Assembly (NCBI GenBank): GCA_016710685.1
Contig: JADJVC010000002.1
Coordinates: 701,031 to 765,030, forward strand
DNA: 64,000 bases
Direction of reading: 5' to 3'
Source: Flavobacteriales bacterium
GTDB taxonomy: Bacteria > Bacteroidota > Bacteroidia > Flavobacteriales_F > PHOS-HE28
Position 1 is the first letter of the stretch; the number at the start of each line of letters is the position of its first letter. The notes below the pieces were generated by a model, which worked only from the letters and a program-made list of their open reading frames with translations, did not search any database and was not told the DNA's origin. The position numbers were made by a program, and so were the translations under genes. Below, piece by piece: positions 19,827 to 29,006 of this stretch.

Positions 19827-22168
19827 ATGAAGATACTTCAACGCGCCGTATTGTTCGCCATCGCGCTTTTCGCCGCAGGCTCCGCGGTAACCGCACAGGA
19901 TACCCCGCTTACGGGCGGACGTTCTCTCTTCGAAGAGGCCAACATGCTGATGGAGGAGAAGTTCTACAACCAGGCGGCGGACCGCTGGCTTGAACTGCTT
20001 GATCAAAATCCGCAGAACTCCAACTACAATTGGAAGCTTGGTGAGGCCTACATGAAATCCTACAACCAAAGAGCAAGGCGCTGCCCTACCTTAAAGTTGC
20101 AGCGGAGTTGCGGGGTTCGTCACAAGGCGGCTTCAATACTTCGGGGTACGACCCGTTCGACCCAAAGGAGAAGAATGCACCGCCGCAAGTAGATTACTAC
20201 CTGGGTAAGGCTTACCACCTCAACGGTGAGTTTGACAGTGCTGACCAGTACTACCAGAAATTCATTGACGAGTCCGAGCCGAAAAACGATTTCTATCCAT
20301 TGGCACTGCATGGAATGGAGCAAACGGCGAATGCCCGGAAATTGACCGTGCATCCCGGTAAGTTCAACATCAGCAATGTTGGCCCGGTGATAAACAGCGA
20401 ATACCCGGACTTCAGTCCGGTGATCAGTGTGGACGGCAACGCGCTGTTCTTCACTTCGCGTCGCGTTCGGCCGGACAGCAGCAACGTGGGCATCATCGAC
20501 CCCATGGCCGGTCTTCCGTACGAGAACATTTTCGTGAGCTATAAGGACCGCACGGGCATCTGGCAAACTCCGGAGGCGCTGAACATCAACCCGGTCGAAG
20601 GGCACATCGCCAGTGTGAACGTGTCCGCTGATGGCCAAACGTTGATCATCTACAAGGACGATGCCGGCGACGGCAATCTTTACGAAAGCAAACTGGTCGG
20701 CGAACTCTGGAGCGAGCCGGTGAAAATGGGCTCGGACATCAACACCAAGTCTTGGGAGACGCACGGTGCCCTGAGCGCGGACGGAAATACGTTTTACTTC
20801 GTGAGCAACCGCGCAGGCGGCTACGGCGGGCGTGACATCTACCGCGTAGTAAAGCTGCCCACCGGCGAATGGAGCAAAGCGCAGAACATCGGCAATGTGG
20901 TGAACACGCCGTACGAAGAGGATGCCGTGTTCATCCATCCAAACGGTCGCACCATGTACTTCGCAAGCACGGGCCACAACAGCATGGGTGGCTTCGACAT
21001 CTTTACCACCGACCTGCAAGCCGACGGCACTTGGAGTGCTCCCAAAAACATCGGTTACCCGTTGAATACGGTGGATGACGACATCTTCTTCGTGACCACG
21101 GCGGATGGTCGCAGGGGTTACTTCAGTTCCGATAAGACCGGCGGTTTCGGCGAGAAGGACATCTACTTCGTGGACTTCCCCGAGGAAATGGGCGCTGAAG
21201 GTCTGGCCGTGCTGAAAGGCTTCATCGTGCCGCCGCCGGGCGAGCAACTTTCGCCCACCACCATTCTCTATGTTACCGATAAAGAGACCGGCGAAGTGAA
21301 AAGCTACAAGCCACGTCAACGCGATGGGGTCTACGTGGCCATTTTGCCACCGTGCAAGAACTATAACCTGGACTATCGTGTGGATGACAAGACGATCCAC
21401 ACGGAAGACATTTTCGTGGAATGCGAAAGCGCCTACCAGGAGATCAACAAGGAAGTGTACCTCAATCCAGTGGCATTGGACGGCAAGGCGGACATTAAGA
21501 ACCTGCCCGAAGGCGCCCCTCCGGGAGGAAAAGAAGAAGGCGTGCCGGTGAAGCCGGAAACCCAATTGAAGGAGGGGGAACAAGGGACCCCTGAAGTGGA
21601 GGGTGCCGTTGTGCCCGGTGCCGTGGGCACGACCAAGGAGGCAGCGGAGAAAATGACAGCGGAGGAAAAAAAAAAAAAGGTCGCCGCGGAAAAAGAAGCG
21701 TTGGGGGTGAAAAGCGAGGCTGTGATCGAAAAACAGGACCTCACCGATGCACAACGGAATGAACTTGGCGAGAAACACGTAACGCCGGAAGCCAAGTTCA
21801 GTGCGGAGTTCACCAAGTACTATCCATACAATGCCAAGGGCATCGACACCAACGATCCGAAATGGAAAGAATTCATAGGCAAAGTGGTAGGCTTGATCGA
21901 AAAGGACGGCAACGCGAAGATCACCATCGATGCATGCGCGTCGCATGTGCCCACCCGCACCTTCGGCACCAACGAGAAACTTAGCAACACACGCATGGAA
22001 GCCGCCCGGAAGAGTTTGCTGGATGCGATCAAAGCGGCCGGCAAGAACACCGATGCCCTCCTGTTGGAAAGCGTGAACCACTTGGTGCAAGGCCCTAAGT
22101 ACGAGGGCGATTGGAAGAACACGGACAAATACTCCAAGTTCCAATTCGTGAAGTTGAAGGTGAAATAA
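19827..22168 (+). CDS. Surface/periplasmic protein with signal peptide, TPR, PD40 (TolB-like beta-propeller) repeats, a low-complexity linker and a degenerate OmpA-like C-terminal domain. Carries a frameshift.
   Basis: Signal peptide MKILQRAVLFAIALFAAGSAVTAQ. Track ORFs 19812..20192 and 20108..22168 overlap in different frames. A 1-nt shift at the aaa run (20068..20070) joins …KSYNQ to KSKALPYLKVAAEL…. Repeated GG(Y/F)G.DIY/F motifs. C-terminal IDACASHVPTRTFGTNEKLSNTRMEAARKSL is OmpA-like. Confidence 0.6.
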
Positions 22169-22191
22169 CCTCCTGTTCAAAAAAAGCGAAA

Positions 22192-22218
22192 GGCCCCCGC
22201 CACAACGGGGGCTTTTTC
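22192..22218 (+). terminator. Rho-independent terminator
   Basis: ggcccccg-ccacaa-cgggggc followed by ttttt, immediately after the 22168 stop. Confidence 0.7.
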
Positions 22219-22234
22219 GTACCAACTTGCGTGG

Positions 22235-23005
22235 ATGAATTTACAATTGGAACGGCCCCTGGCCGTGTTTGATCTGGAGACCACGGGCATCAAGGTGGGC
22301 CAGGACCGCATCGTGCAGGTGGCCGTGGTGCGCATCCTGCCGGACGGCTCGCGGGAAAAATGGCAAAGTCTGGTGAACCCGGAGATGCCCATACCTGCGG
22401 AAGCCACTGCGGTGCATGGCATCTCCGATGCGGACGTATCCGACGCACCGGTGCTAAGTGAAGTTGCAGACGAGCTATTGGCGCAAATGAAAGACTGCGA
22501 CCTGTGTGGCTTCAATGTGCTTCGCTTCGATCTGCCATTTCTATCGGAAGAACTCTATCGCGTGGGCATTACTTGGGACACCACTGCGATCCGCGTAGTT
22601 GATGCCTTGCGGATTTACCACCACTTCGAGCGGCGCGACCTCAGTGCCGCCGCGCGTTTTTATTTGGATCAAGAGCATGGCGGTGCGCACAATGCGCTGG
22701 CCGATGTGGAGATGACGGCCGACGTCCTGTTAGCCCAGTTGGATCGCTATGCCGACTTACCCAAGGATGTAGCGGCGTTGGGCGAATTCTGCGGCGACCG
22801 CAAGCGTGCTCCGGATGCGGCAGGCAAGCTGCTGTTCGACGATCACGGCAACGTTTGCTTGTCCTTCGGGAAGTACAAGGGCTGGACCATTGAGAACATC
22901 GGCCGGAACGACCCCGGATACATGCAATGGTTGATGACCAAAGCGGAACTGCCCGGAAGCACGATGGCCGTTATGAAAAACATATTGGCAGACATTCAAA
23001 CATGA
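22235..23005 (+). CDS. DEDDh 3'-5' exonuclease (DnaQ / DNA polymerase III epsilon-like)
   Basis: Exo I VFDLETTG, Exo II CGFNVLRFDLPFL, Exo III HNALADVEMTADVL. Confidence 0.8.
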   Translation: MNLQLERPLAVFDLETTGIKVGQDRIVQVAVVRILPDGSREKWQSLVNPEMPIPAEATAVHGISDADVSDAPVLSEVADELLAQMKDCDLCGFNVLRFDLPFLSEELYRVGITWDTTAIRVVDALRIYHHFERRDLSAAARFYLDQEHGGAHNALADVEMTADVLLAQLDRYADLPKDVAALGEFCGDRKRAPDAAGKLLFDDHGNVCLSFGKYKGWTIENIGRNDPGYMQWLMTKAELPGSTMAVMKNILADIQT

Positions 23006-23167
23006 AGGTCTAGGACGCTGAGACGCAGAGGCGCGGAGCAGTTCATTTCATAGCTTCGGGCGTTGCTTGAAGTTCGTCATTGTACCGTTCGTGCAGTGTT
23101 TATTCTTCTTCTCCGCGCCACCGCGCCTATGCGTCCAAAAACCTTGCCCGTCGAAAATCCTCTCCCC

Positions 23168-23787
23168 ATGAAAGTCATCTGCATCGGTCGCAACTACGCC
23201 GACCACGCCAAGGAACTCGGAAATGACGTGCCCTCCGAGCCCATGTTCTTCCTGAAGCCCTCCACGGCGTGCCTCTTTGCCGGACAGCCCATCCGGATGT
23301 CCTCCATCCCGGGCGAAATTGCCTACGAACTTGAGCTGGTAGTGGCCATTGATGGCTATGCCACCAACGTGCCTGCAAGCATGGCATTGGGCATGGTTTC
23401 CCACTACACGTTGGGCTTGGACCTCACTGCGCGTACCCTGCAGAACGAACTGAAGGCAAATGGTCATCCTTGGGAAAAAGCCAAAGCATGGGGCGGCAGC
23501 GCGGTGCTCGGCGACGTGGAACTACCCTTGACCTCCAGCACGGATCTGCAAGCCATGGCCATCGAGCTAAAGAAAAACGGCGAAACCGTGCAGAAGGACA
23601 GCACCGCGAACATGTTGTTCAAGGTACAGGACCTCATTGCGCATGTGTCGCGCTACATCACGCTGGAGCCGGGCGACCTTCTTTCACGGGAACGCCAGCG
23701 GGTGTGGGGCCCATTGCGGAGGGTGATGTGCTCGAAGGATTCCTCAACGGAAAGCGCTTGCTGCAAGCAACCGTTGGGAAACGGTAG
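23168..23787 (+). CDS. Fumarylacetoacetate hydrolase (FAH) family protein. The C-terminus is reached only through a 1-nt frameshift.
   Basis: Start MKVICIGRNYADHAKELG. The conserved tail …FTGTPAGVGPIAEGDVLEGFLNGKRLL is in the frame of ORF 23470..23787. The shift is at the ttt run 23682..23684 (expected cttcttttcacg). The track ORF 23063..23863 reads through into nonsense. Confidence 0.65.
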
Positions 23788-23887
23788 ATTTGCATCCTTG
23801 CGGAACGGTGTTCCGTTGTTCGTTGTCGGGCATTGCCCAGGTCGTTACAGCACATTTTTCTGATCAGCGTTTCATCACAAGCCCAGC

Positions 23888-24736
23888 ATGACCAAGCACG
23901 TAAAAGTCGGCAACATCGATTGCGGCGCCGATCAGTTGTTCCTCATCTCCGGTCCCTGCGTTATCGAAGACGAGAGCATCATGATGCGCACTGCGGAGAA
24001 GCTCCGCGAGGTGAGCGAGCGCACCAAGGTGCCTATGATCTACAAGAGCAGTTTCATGAAGGACAACCGCAGCAGCGTGGAGTTCTACATGGGCCCCGGC
24101 CTCGATGAAGGTTTGAAGGTGCTGGAGAAAGTGAAGAAGGAATTCGGTTTCCCACTGCTCACGGACATTCACTATCCCTCGCAGGTAAAAGCTGCGGCCG
24201 AGGTTTGTGACGTACTCCAGATCCCTGCTTACCTGTGTATGCAGACCACGCTGGTCACCGAGGCCGCGAAGACCGGTGCCGTGATCAACCTGAAGCACGG
24301 CCAGTTCCTTGCACCGGACAACATGGTAAAGCCGGTGAAGAAGATCGAGAGCGTCGGCAACGAAAAGATCATCCTCACTGAGCGCGGCTTCGTGCTGGGC
24401 TACAACGACCTTGTGGTGGATCCGCGTGCCTTCTACCACCTGCGCCAAGCGGGCTATCCCGTAGTGTTCGACATTACGCACAGCATCCGCAAATACGGCA
24501 TTCCCAGTGCTGATCCGCGCGGCGGAAACCGCGAATTCCTGCCCACCATTGCGCGCGCCGGCGTAGCAGCAGGCGTGGACGGCGTATTCATTGAAACACA
24601 CCCTGACCCCAGCACCGCCCTCTGCGATGCCGCCAGTCAGCTTTGCGTTTACGACCTCGAAGAATTCCTGAAGCCGCTGCTCGACCTGCACGCGGTGGAA
24701 GTGCAATACCGAGAGGAAGTAGCCTTGAGTAAATGA
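23888..24736 (+). CDS. kdsA: 3-deoxy-8-phosphooctulonate (KDO8P) synthase
   Basis: 282 aa. Collinear with KdsA (FLISGPCVIE…GFPLLTDIH…PAYLC…GVDGVFIETHPDP). Confidence 0.92.
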   Translation: MTKHVKVGNIDCGADQLFLISGPCVIEDESIMMRTAEKLREVSERTKVPMIYKSSFMKDNRSSVEFYMGPGLDEGLKVLEKVKKEFGFPLLTDIHYPSQVKAAAEVCDVLQIPAYLCMQTTLVTEAAKTGAVINLKHGQFLAPDNMVKPVKKIESVGNEKIILTERGFVLGYNDLVVDPRAFYHLRQAGYPVVFDITHSIRKYGIPSADPRGGNREFLPTIARAGVAAGVDGVFIETHPDPSTALCDAASQLCVYDLEEFLKPLLDLHAVEVQYREEVALSK

Positions 24737-24782
24737 GCGCAGATCAGTTCTGTCCCATGTCCGATATCTCATGCGCGCACCT

Positions 24783-24826
24783 GACATAAGACATAAGACA
24801 ACAGACATAGGACATCAGACATCAGA
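24783..24826. repeat. Heptanucleotide tandem repeat (GACATMA) x6 in the kdsA-fsa intergenic region
   Basis: gacataa gacataa gacaaca gacatag gacatca gacatca. Confidence 0.6.
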
Positions 24827-24898
24827 CCCAAAACAAATTCTTCAACCAACCCCGCATTTCATAGCGCTCGTAGCGTTCTTTGCGGTAGAAACTTCACC

Positions 24899-25609
24899 AT
24901 GGAACTTTACCTCGACAGTGCCGACATCAAAGAGATCGACGAAGCCTTCAAGCTCGGCTTTCTAACCGGTCTTACCACCACGCCAACTTTCATGCACCGG
25001 GGCGGGGTTACGAACATCGACAAGATGATCTTGGACCTTGCCAAGAAGGTGCCAATCCTGCAAGTAGAAGCCTTGGGCGAGACTGCCGAAGATGTGGTAA
25101 AGGAGGCCAAGCGCCAACTGAAGATGGGCCTCAAGAAAGAGACCACCGTCTTCAAGATCCCTGTTAGCCTTGAAGGCCTGCGCGCCTGTAAAATGCTGCG
25201 CGATCAAGGCATCATGGTGAACGTTCACCTCGTTTACACGCTGCAACAGGCGTACATGGCGATGCAAGCCGGTGCCAACTACGTGTGTCCGCTTGTGGGC
25301 CGCTTACAGGACCAAGGCCACGATGCGCTTAGTCTCGTGCGCCAATGCGTAGAAGCCGTGAACTACTACGGCTACAACAGCAAGGTCATGTTCAGCAGCG
25401 TGCGTACCGTGGAGCATGTGCGCAACGCGGTGGAGATCGGCGTACACACCATCACCGTGCCTTGGAAGCTGATGAAACAGCTCACCGACAACCACTTCAC
25501 CGCGATCGGTACGCAACAGTTCTATGAGGACACGCGGTTGATCGCCCATGAAGGTGAAGGACGTGCTATCGCGCAGCAATCCCATCGTGAAGGAGACCGC
25601 AACAGTTAG
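24899..25609 (+). CDS. Fructose-6-phosphate aldolase / transaldolase-fold protein (TalC/FSA subfamily)
   Basis: N-terminus MELYLDSADIKEI is near-identical to the E. coli FSA start (MELYLDTSDV). About 220 aa TIM-barrel aldolase. The 3' end overlaps the next gene by about 60 nt. Confidence 0.8.
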   Translation: MELYLDSADIKEIDEAFKLGFLTGLTTTPTFMHRGGVTNIDKMILDLAKKVPILQVEALGETAEDVVKEAKRQLKMGLKKETTVFKIPVSLEGLRACKMLRDQGIMVNVHLVYTLQQAYMAMQAGANYVCPLVGRLQDQGHDALSLVRQCVEAVNYYGYNSKVMFSSVRTVEHVRNAVEIGVHTITVPWKLMKQLTDNHFTAIGTQQFYEDTRLIAHEGEGRAIAQQSHREGDRNS

Positions 25610-25922
25610 CGAAGCGCTTGTGGAAATGACCAAGCACGGCTTCGGCGCTGTGATGGTGGTAGACGCGAAAGGGAAGAACTTGGGCGTCTTCACCGATGGT
25701 GGCTTGCGACGCGGCATTGAAAAGGAAGGCAACAAATTCCTTGCGAAGAAGCTCAGCGCGTTAAAGTTCAACGCACCGTTCACCGTGGCTCCGGAAGCAT
25801 TGCTCGATGAGGCCAAAAAACTGTTCAAGGAACACAAGGTGGACACCCTCAGCGTGAGCGAGAATGGCAAGCAGCTCGGCATGTTGGACATTCAGGACAT
25901 GATGAAGGCCGTGGCTGGGTGA
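25548..25922 (+). CDS. Standalone CBS-pair domain protein
   Basis: 124 aa with two CBS motifs (MKVKDVLSRSNPIVKETATVSEALVEM…VMVVDAKGKNLGVFTDGGLRR and …KKLFKEHKVDTLSVSENGKQLGMLDIQDMM). Confidence 0.7.
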   Translation: MKVKDVLSRSNPIVKETATVSEALVEMTKHGFGAVMVVDAKGKNLGVFTDGGLRRGIEKEGNKFLAKKLSALKFNAPFTVAPEALLDEAKKLFKEHKVDTLSVSENGKQLGMLDIQDMMKAVAG

Positions 25923-25926
25923 AAAA

Positions 25927-26103
25927 GTTGTCAGTTGTCGGTTGTCAGGTGCTGCCGAGAGCTTTGTCATTCTGGAAGGAGGAACGACGAAGCAGTCTTT
26001 ACTTGAAAAATGACCAAGGGAGTTTGGCTAAAGATCGCTTCGTCGTTCCTCCTCGCGAACCGGAGATGGGCAGCCTGACAACTGACAACCAACAACTGAC
26101 AAC
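25927..26103. repeat. Nested inverted-repeat element. Outer arms are built from GTTGTCA heptamers. Inside is a perfect 16-bp stem with a 43-nt loop.
   Basis: Outer arms gttgtcagttgtcggttgtcaggtgctgcc (25927..25956) and ggcagcctgacaactgacaaccaacaactgacaac (26069..26103). Inner stem ggaggaacgacgaagc (25978..25993) pairs with gcttcgtcgttcctcc (26037..26052). Ends 12 nt before the kdsC-like start. Confidence 0.6.
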
Positions 26104-26114
26104 TAAACCCTGAA

Positions 26115-26768
26115 ATGCACGAGACCCGCTACTTGCACGCACAAGAGGAACTACAACGCCGAGCAAAGCAGATCAAAGCCGTCCTCTTTGACTGGGACGG
26201 AGTCTTCAACGACGGCTGGAAGGATTTTGAGAACGGCAGTCCATTCAGCGAGGTGGGCAGCATGGGCGTGAACATGTTGCGGTTCGCGTTGTGGCTGCGG
26301 AACGGCGTGAATCCCCCGGCCGCAGTGGTCACTGGGCAGATCAATCCGCATGCCGAAAAATTTGTGCAGCGGGAGAAATTCCATGGCATCTACATGGGCT
26401 TTATCAACAAGCCCGATGCATTCGCCGAGTTCTTGAAGAAGCACGGGCTAAAGGCCGAAGAGGTAGCTTTTTTCTTCGACGATGCTATCGACCTTGCTTT
26501 GGCCAAACAGTGCGGCTTGCGTGTAATGATCGGGCGGAAAGCCGGCATGCGCTTCACCGAGCATGTGATCGCACGTGGCGATGCGGACATCGTAACGGCA
26601 AACAGCGCTGGCGAAAATGGTCTTCGCGAAGCCACCGAAGCTGTGATCGAGCTGCTCGGAAATTTCGCGGACGTGTTCGACCAGCGTGCGGCATATACCG
26701 AGGATTATCAACGGTATTTGAAGGAGCGCAACGCGACAGAACCCGCTGTGGAACGCGGGAAGCGCTGA
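26115..26768 (+). CDS. HAD-superfamily phosphatase, KdsC-like (putative KDO8P phosphatase) with a C-terminal extension
   Basis: HAD motif I AVLFDWDGVFNDG. Motif III/IV region FFFDDAIDLALAKQCG. About 40 aa extra at the C-terminus. Sits next to kdsA. Confidence 0.55.
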   Translation: MHETRYLHAQEELQRRAKQIKAVLFDWDGVFNDGWKDFENGSPFSEVGSMGVNMLRFALWLRNGVNPPAAVVTGQINPHAEKFVQREKFHGIYMGFINKPDAFAEFLKKHGLKAEEVAFFFDDAIDLALAKQCGLRVMIGRKAGMRFTEHVIARGDADIVTANSAGENGLREATEAVIELLGNFADVFDQRAAYTEDYQRYLKERNATEPAVERGKR

Positions 26769-26779
26769 TGTGTTAGTTC

Positions 26780-27196
26780 CTACCGCAACCGGATCCGGGC
26801 GGTCTGTTCTCCAGACTTCAACACTATGGCAGCCAGTTTGAAAGAGGGCGGCCCCATGTTCACAGGTGCGTCGTTACTGAATCCGTAAGGCTCCTGTGGC
26901 CAGCCGATCCAGCTCGTGTCCAACTCTCCGTTTTCGTTCACATCGTGAAAAACCTTCACCGCATAGGTGCCCGGCGTAAGGCTGTCGAAGGTGCAGGCCA
27001 TGGTATTTCCTTCGGCCTTAATGGATTTCGTCAAGCACCCATTTTCGGTTTTGTAGGTTTCGCTGGACGGGCATAGCGCTACGCGCAACACACCACCAGC
27101 GTCGGGCTTGTTCAAGATCACCTCCACGTTTAGATCGCATTGTGCCATGCTGAATGCCGGAGCCGCGAGAAGATAGAGGAGTTGTGCGATGCGCAT
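26780..27196 (-). CDS. Small secreted protein with Ig-like beta-sandwich fold (DUF2141-like)
   Basis: Start MRIAQLLYLLAAPAFSMAQ (signal peptide), 138 aa. The track ORF is extended upstream to 27610 through low-quality sequence. Confidence 0.5.
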   Translation of the reverse strand: MRIAQLLYLLAAPAFSMAQCDLNVEVILNKPDAGGVLRVALCPSSETYKTENGCLTKSIKAEGNTMACTFDSLTPGTYAVKVFHDVNENGELDTSWIGWPQEPYGFSNDAPVNMGPPSFKLAAIVLKSGEQTARIRLR

Positions 27197-27301
27197 GAGG
27201 CCAATGTTAATCACTGAAAACTTACGAGACCAAGGAAGCTCAGGGATTCCTCTAAGTCCCTTCAACGGTCTCCGTTTCGCGACACAGAGGTTCGTATTTT
27301 C

Positions 27302-28324
27302 GTGCAATCGCCGTTGGCAATGCTCGACCGAAGAAAATTCCTGAGGCTCTCCGCCATAAGCTCCGCCGCCGCATTGGTGGGCCGTTCGTTTGCTGCACAC
27401 CGCAGCCCATTCGCAACTCCGGCTGCAAATGGTACACCCATCGTGATCTCCACATGGGATTTCGGAAAGGAGGCCAACGCCGCCGCATGGGAAATTTTGA
27501 AGGCAAACGGGAGTGCCTTGGATGCCGTAGAGGCCGGAGCGCGTGTGCCAGAGGCAGATCCCACCAATCAGTCCGTGGGCCTCGGCGGAAGGCCGGACCG
27601 CGACGGGCACGTCACCTTGGATGCCTGCATCATGGATGCTCTTGGGCGCTGCGGATCAGTGGCTGCATTGGAACACGTCGTGCACGCGGTTTCCGTGGCG
27701 CGCATGGTGATGGAGCGCACGCCCCACGTGATGTTGGCCGGTGAAGGCGCATTACAGTTCGCACTGGAGAACGGTTTCGCGAAAGAAAACCTCTTGACCG
27801 AACAGAGCCGTGCGGAATGGCAGGAATGGCTGAAGACGGAGAAGTACGAGCCGGTGCGGAACATCGAGAATGCGCTGCCGGGCGGAGCGCCGAACCACGA
27901 CACAATCGGAATACTCGCGCTGGACGCAGCCGGTGACCTGGGCGGTGCATGCACCACCAGTGGCATGGCCTACAAACTGCATGGGCGGGTAGGCGATTCG
28001 CCCATCATCGGTGCGGGCCTTTTTGTGGACAATGAGGTGGGTGCGGCCACCAGCACCGGTGTGGGCGAGGAGGTGATGCGCATCGTTGGCAGCCACACCG
28101 TGGTGGAGTTGATGCGCCAAGGCCATTCCCCCGAAGAAGCCTGCCGTGCCGCGGTGGAGCGCATTGTGCGCCGCGATGCCGCCGCAGCGAAAGCGGTGCA
28201 AGTTGGTTTTCTTGCATTGGGACGCGATGGTTCGTATGGCGCGTATGCACTGCAGGACGGCTTCACCTTCGCAGTAAAAAGCGGGGCCACAGAGCAGATC
28301 ATTCCGGTGAAACACCATTTTTAA
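27302..28324 (+). CDS. N4-(beta-N-acetylglucosaminyl)-L-asparaginase / isoaspartyl peptidase (Ntn hydrolase), Tat signal
   Basis: Tat motif RRKFLRLSAISSAAAL. Autoprocessing/nucleophile region HDTIGILALD…GACTTSG. Asparaginase-2 family. Confidence 0.85.
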   Translation: MQSPLAMLDRRKFLRLSAISSAAALVGRSFAAHRSPFATPAANGTPIVISTWDFGKEANAAAWEILKANGSALDAVEAGARVPEADPTNQSVGLGGRPDRDGHVTLDACIMDALGRCGSVAALEHVVHAVSVARMVMERTPHVMLAGEGALQFALENGFAKENLLTEQSRAEWQEWLKTEKYEPVRNIENALPGGAPNHDTIGILALDAAGDLGGACTTSGMAYKLHGRVGDSPIIGAGLFVDNEVGAATSTGVGEEVMRIVGSHTVVELMRQGHSPEEACRAAVERIVRRDAAAAKAVQVGFLALGRDGSYGAYALQDGFTFAVKSGATEQIIPVKHHF

Positions 28325-28325
28325 A

Positions 28326-29006
28326 ATGCTGTTGGAGGTCTGCGCTTATTCGCTCGCGTCATGCAAAATAGCGGTGGAAAACGGTGCGGACCGCATTGAA
28401 CTATGCACGGATCCGTTGCAAGGAGGCACTACGCCGAGCTGGGGTTTGGTGACGGCCGCGATGGAATTGGGGTTGCCGGTTTTTCCCATGATCCGGCCAC
28501 GCGGCGGTGATTTTCTTTACATCGCGGAGGAGTTGGATGTGATGTGGCGTGACATCAAGGCTTGCCGCGAACTGGGCTGTCCGGGGATTGTGTCGGGAGT
28601 GCAGAGCAACAACGGCTCTTTGGATGTTGAATTGATGAAGCGCATCGTTGAGCAAGCAGGTCCGATGGCGGTGACGTGCCACAAAGTTTTCGATCAAGTG
28701 CCGGATGCATCTGTTGCGCTGGAAGCCTTGGTGGCGGCGGGATGTACACGGGTGCTGACCTCCGGTCTTCAGTCAAGTGCTGTAGAAGGCGCGCGGACCA
28801 TTATGGAGTTGGTGGCGCAGGCGGCCGAGCGTATCGTCGTGGTGCCGGGCGGCGGAGTGCGAAGCGGGAACATCGCTGAGATCATTGCGGCAACGGGCGC
28901 GAACGAATTCCACAGCTCGGCGATAACAGCAAGGTCAAAGGACCATGTCGCAGATCCACAAGAAGTTCATGCGTTGGTTGAAGCGATGAAGCTTGCTGGG
29001 CGCTGA
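28326..29006 (+). CDS. cutC: Copper homeostasis protein CutC
   Basis: LEVCAYSLASCKIAVENGADRIELC…TCHKVFD…VLTSG. Full-length TIM-barrel CutC. Confidence 0.85.
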   Translation: MLLEVCAYSLASCKIAVENGADRIELCTDPLQGGTTPSWGLVTAAMELGLPVFPMIRPRGGDFLYIAEELDVMWRDIKACRELGCPGIVSGVQSNNGSLDVELMKRIVEQAGPMAVTCHKVFDQVPDASVALEALVAAGCTRVLTSGLQSSAVEGARTIMELVAQAAERIVVVPGGGVRSGNIAEIIAATGANEFHSSAITARSKDHVADPQEVHALVEAMKLAGR

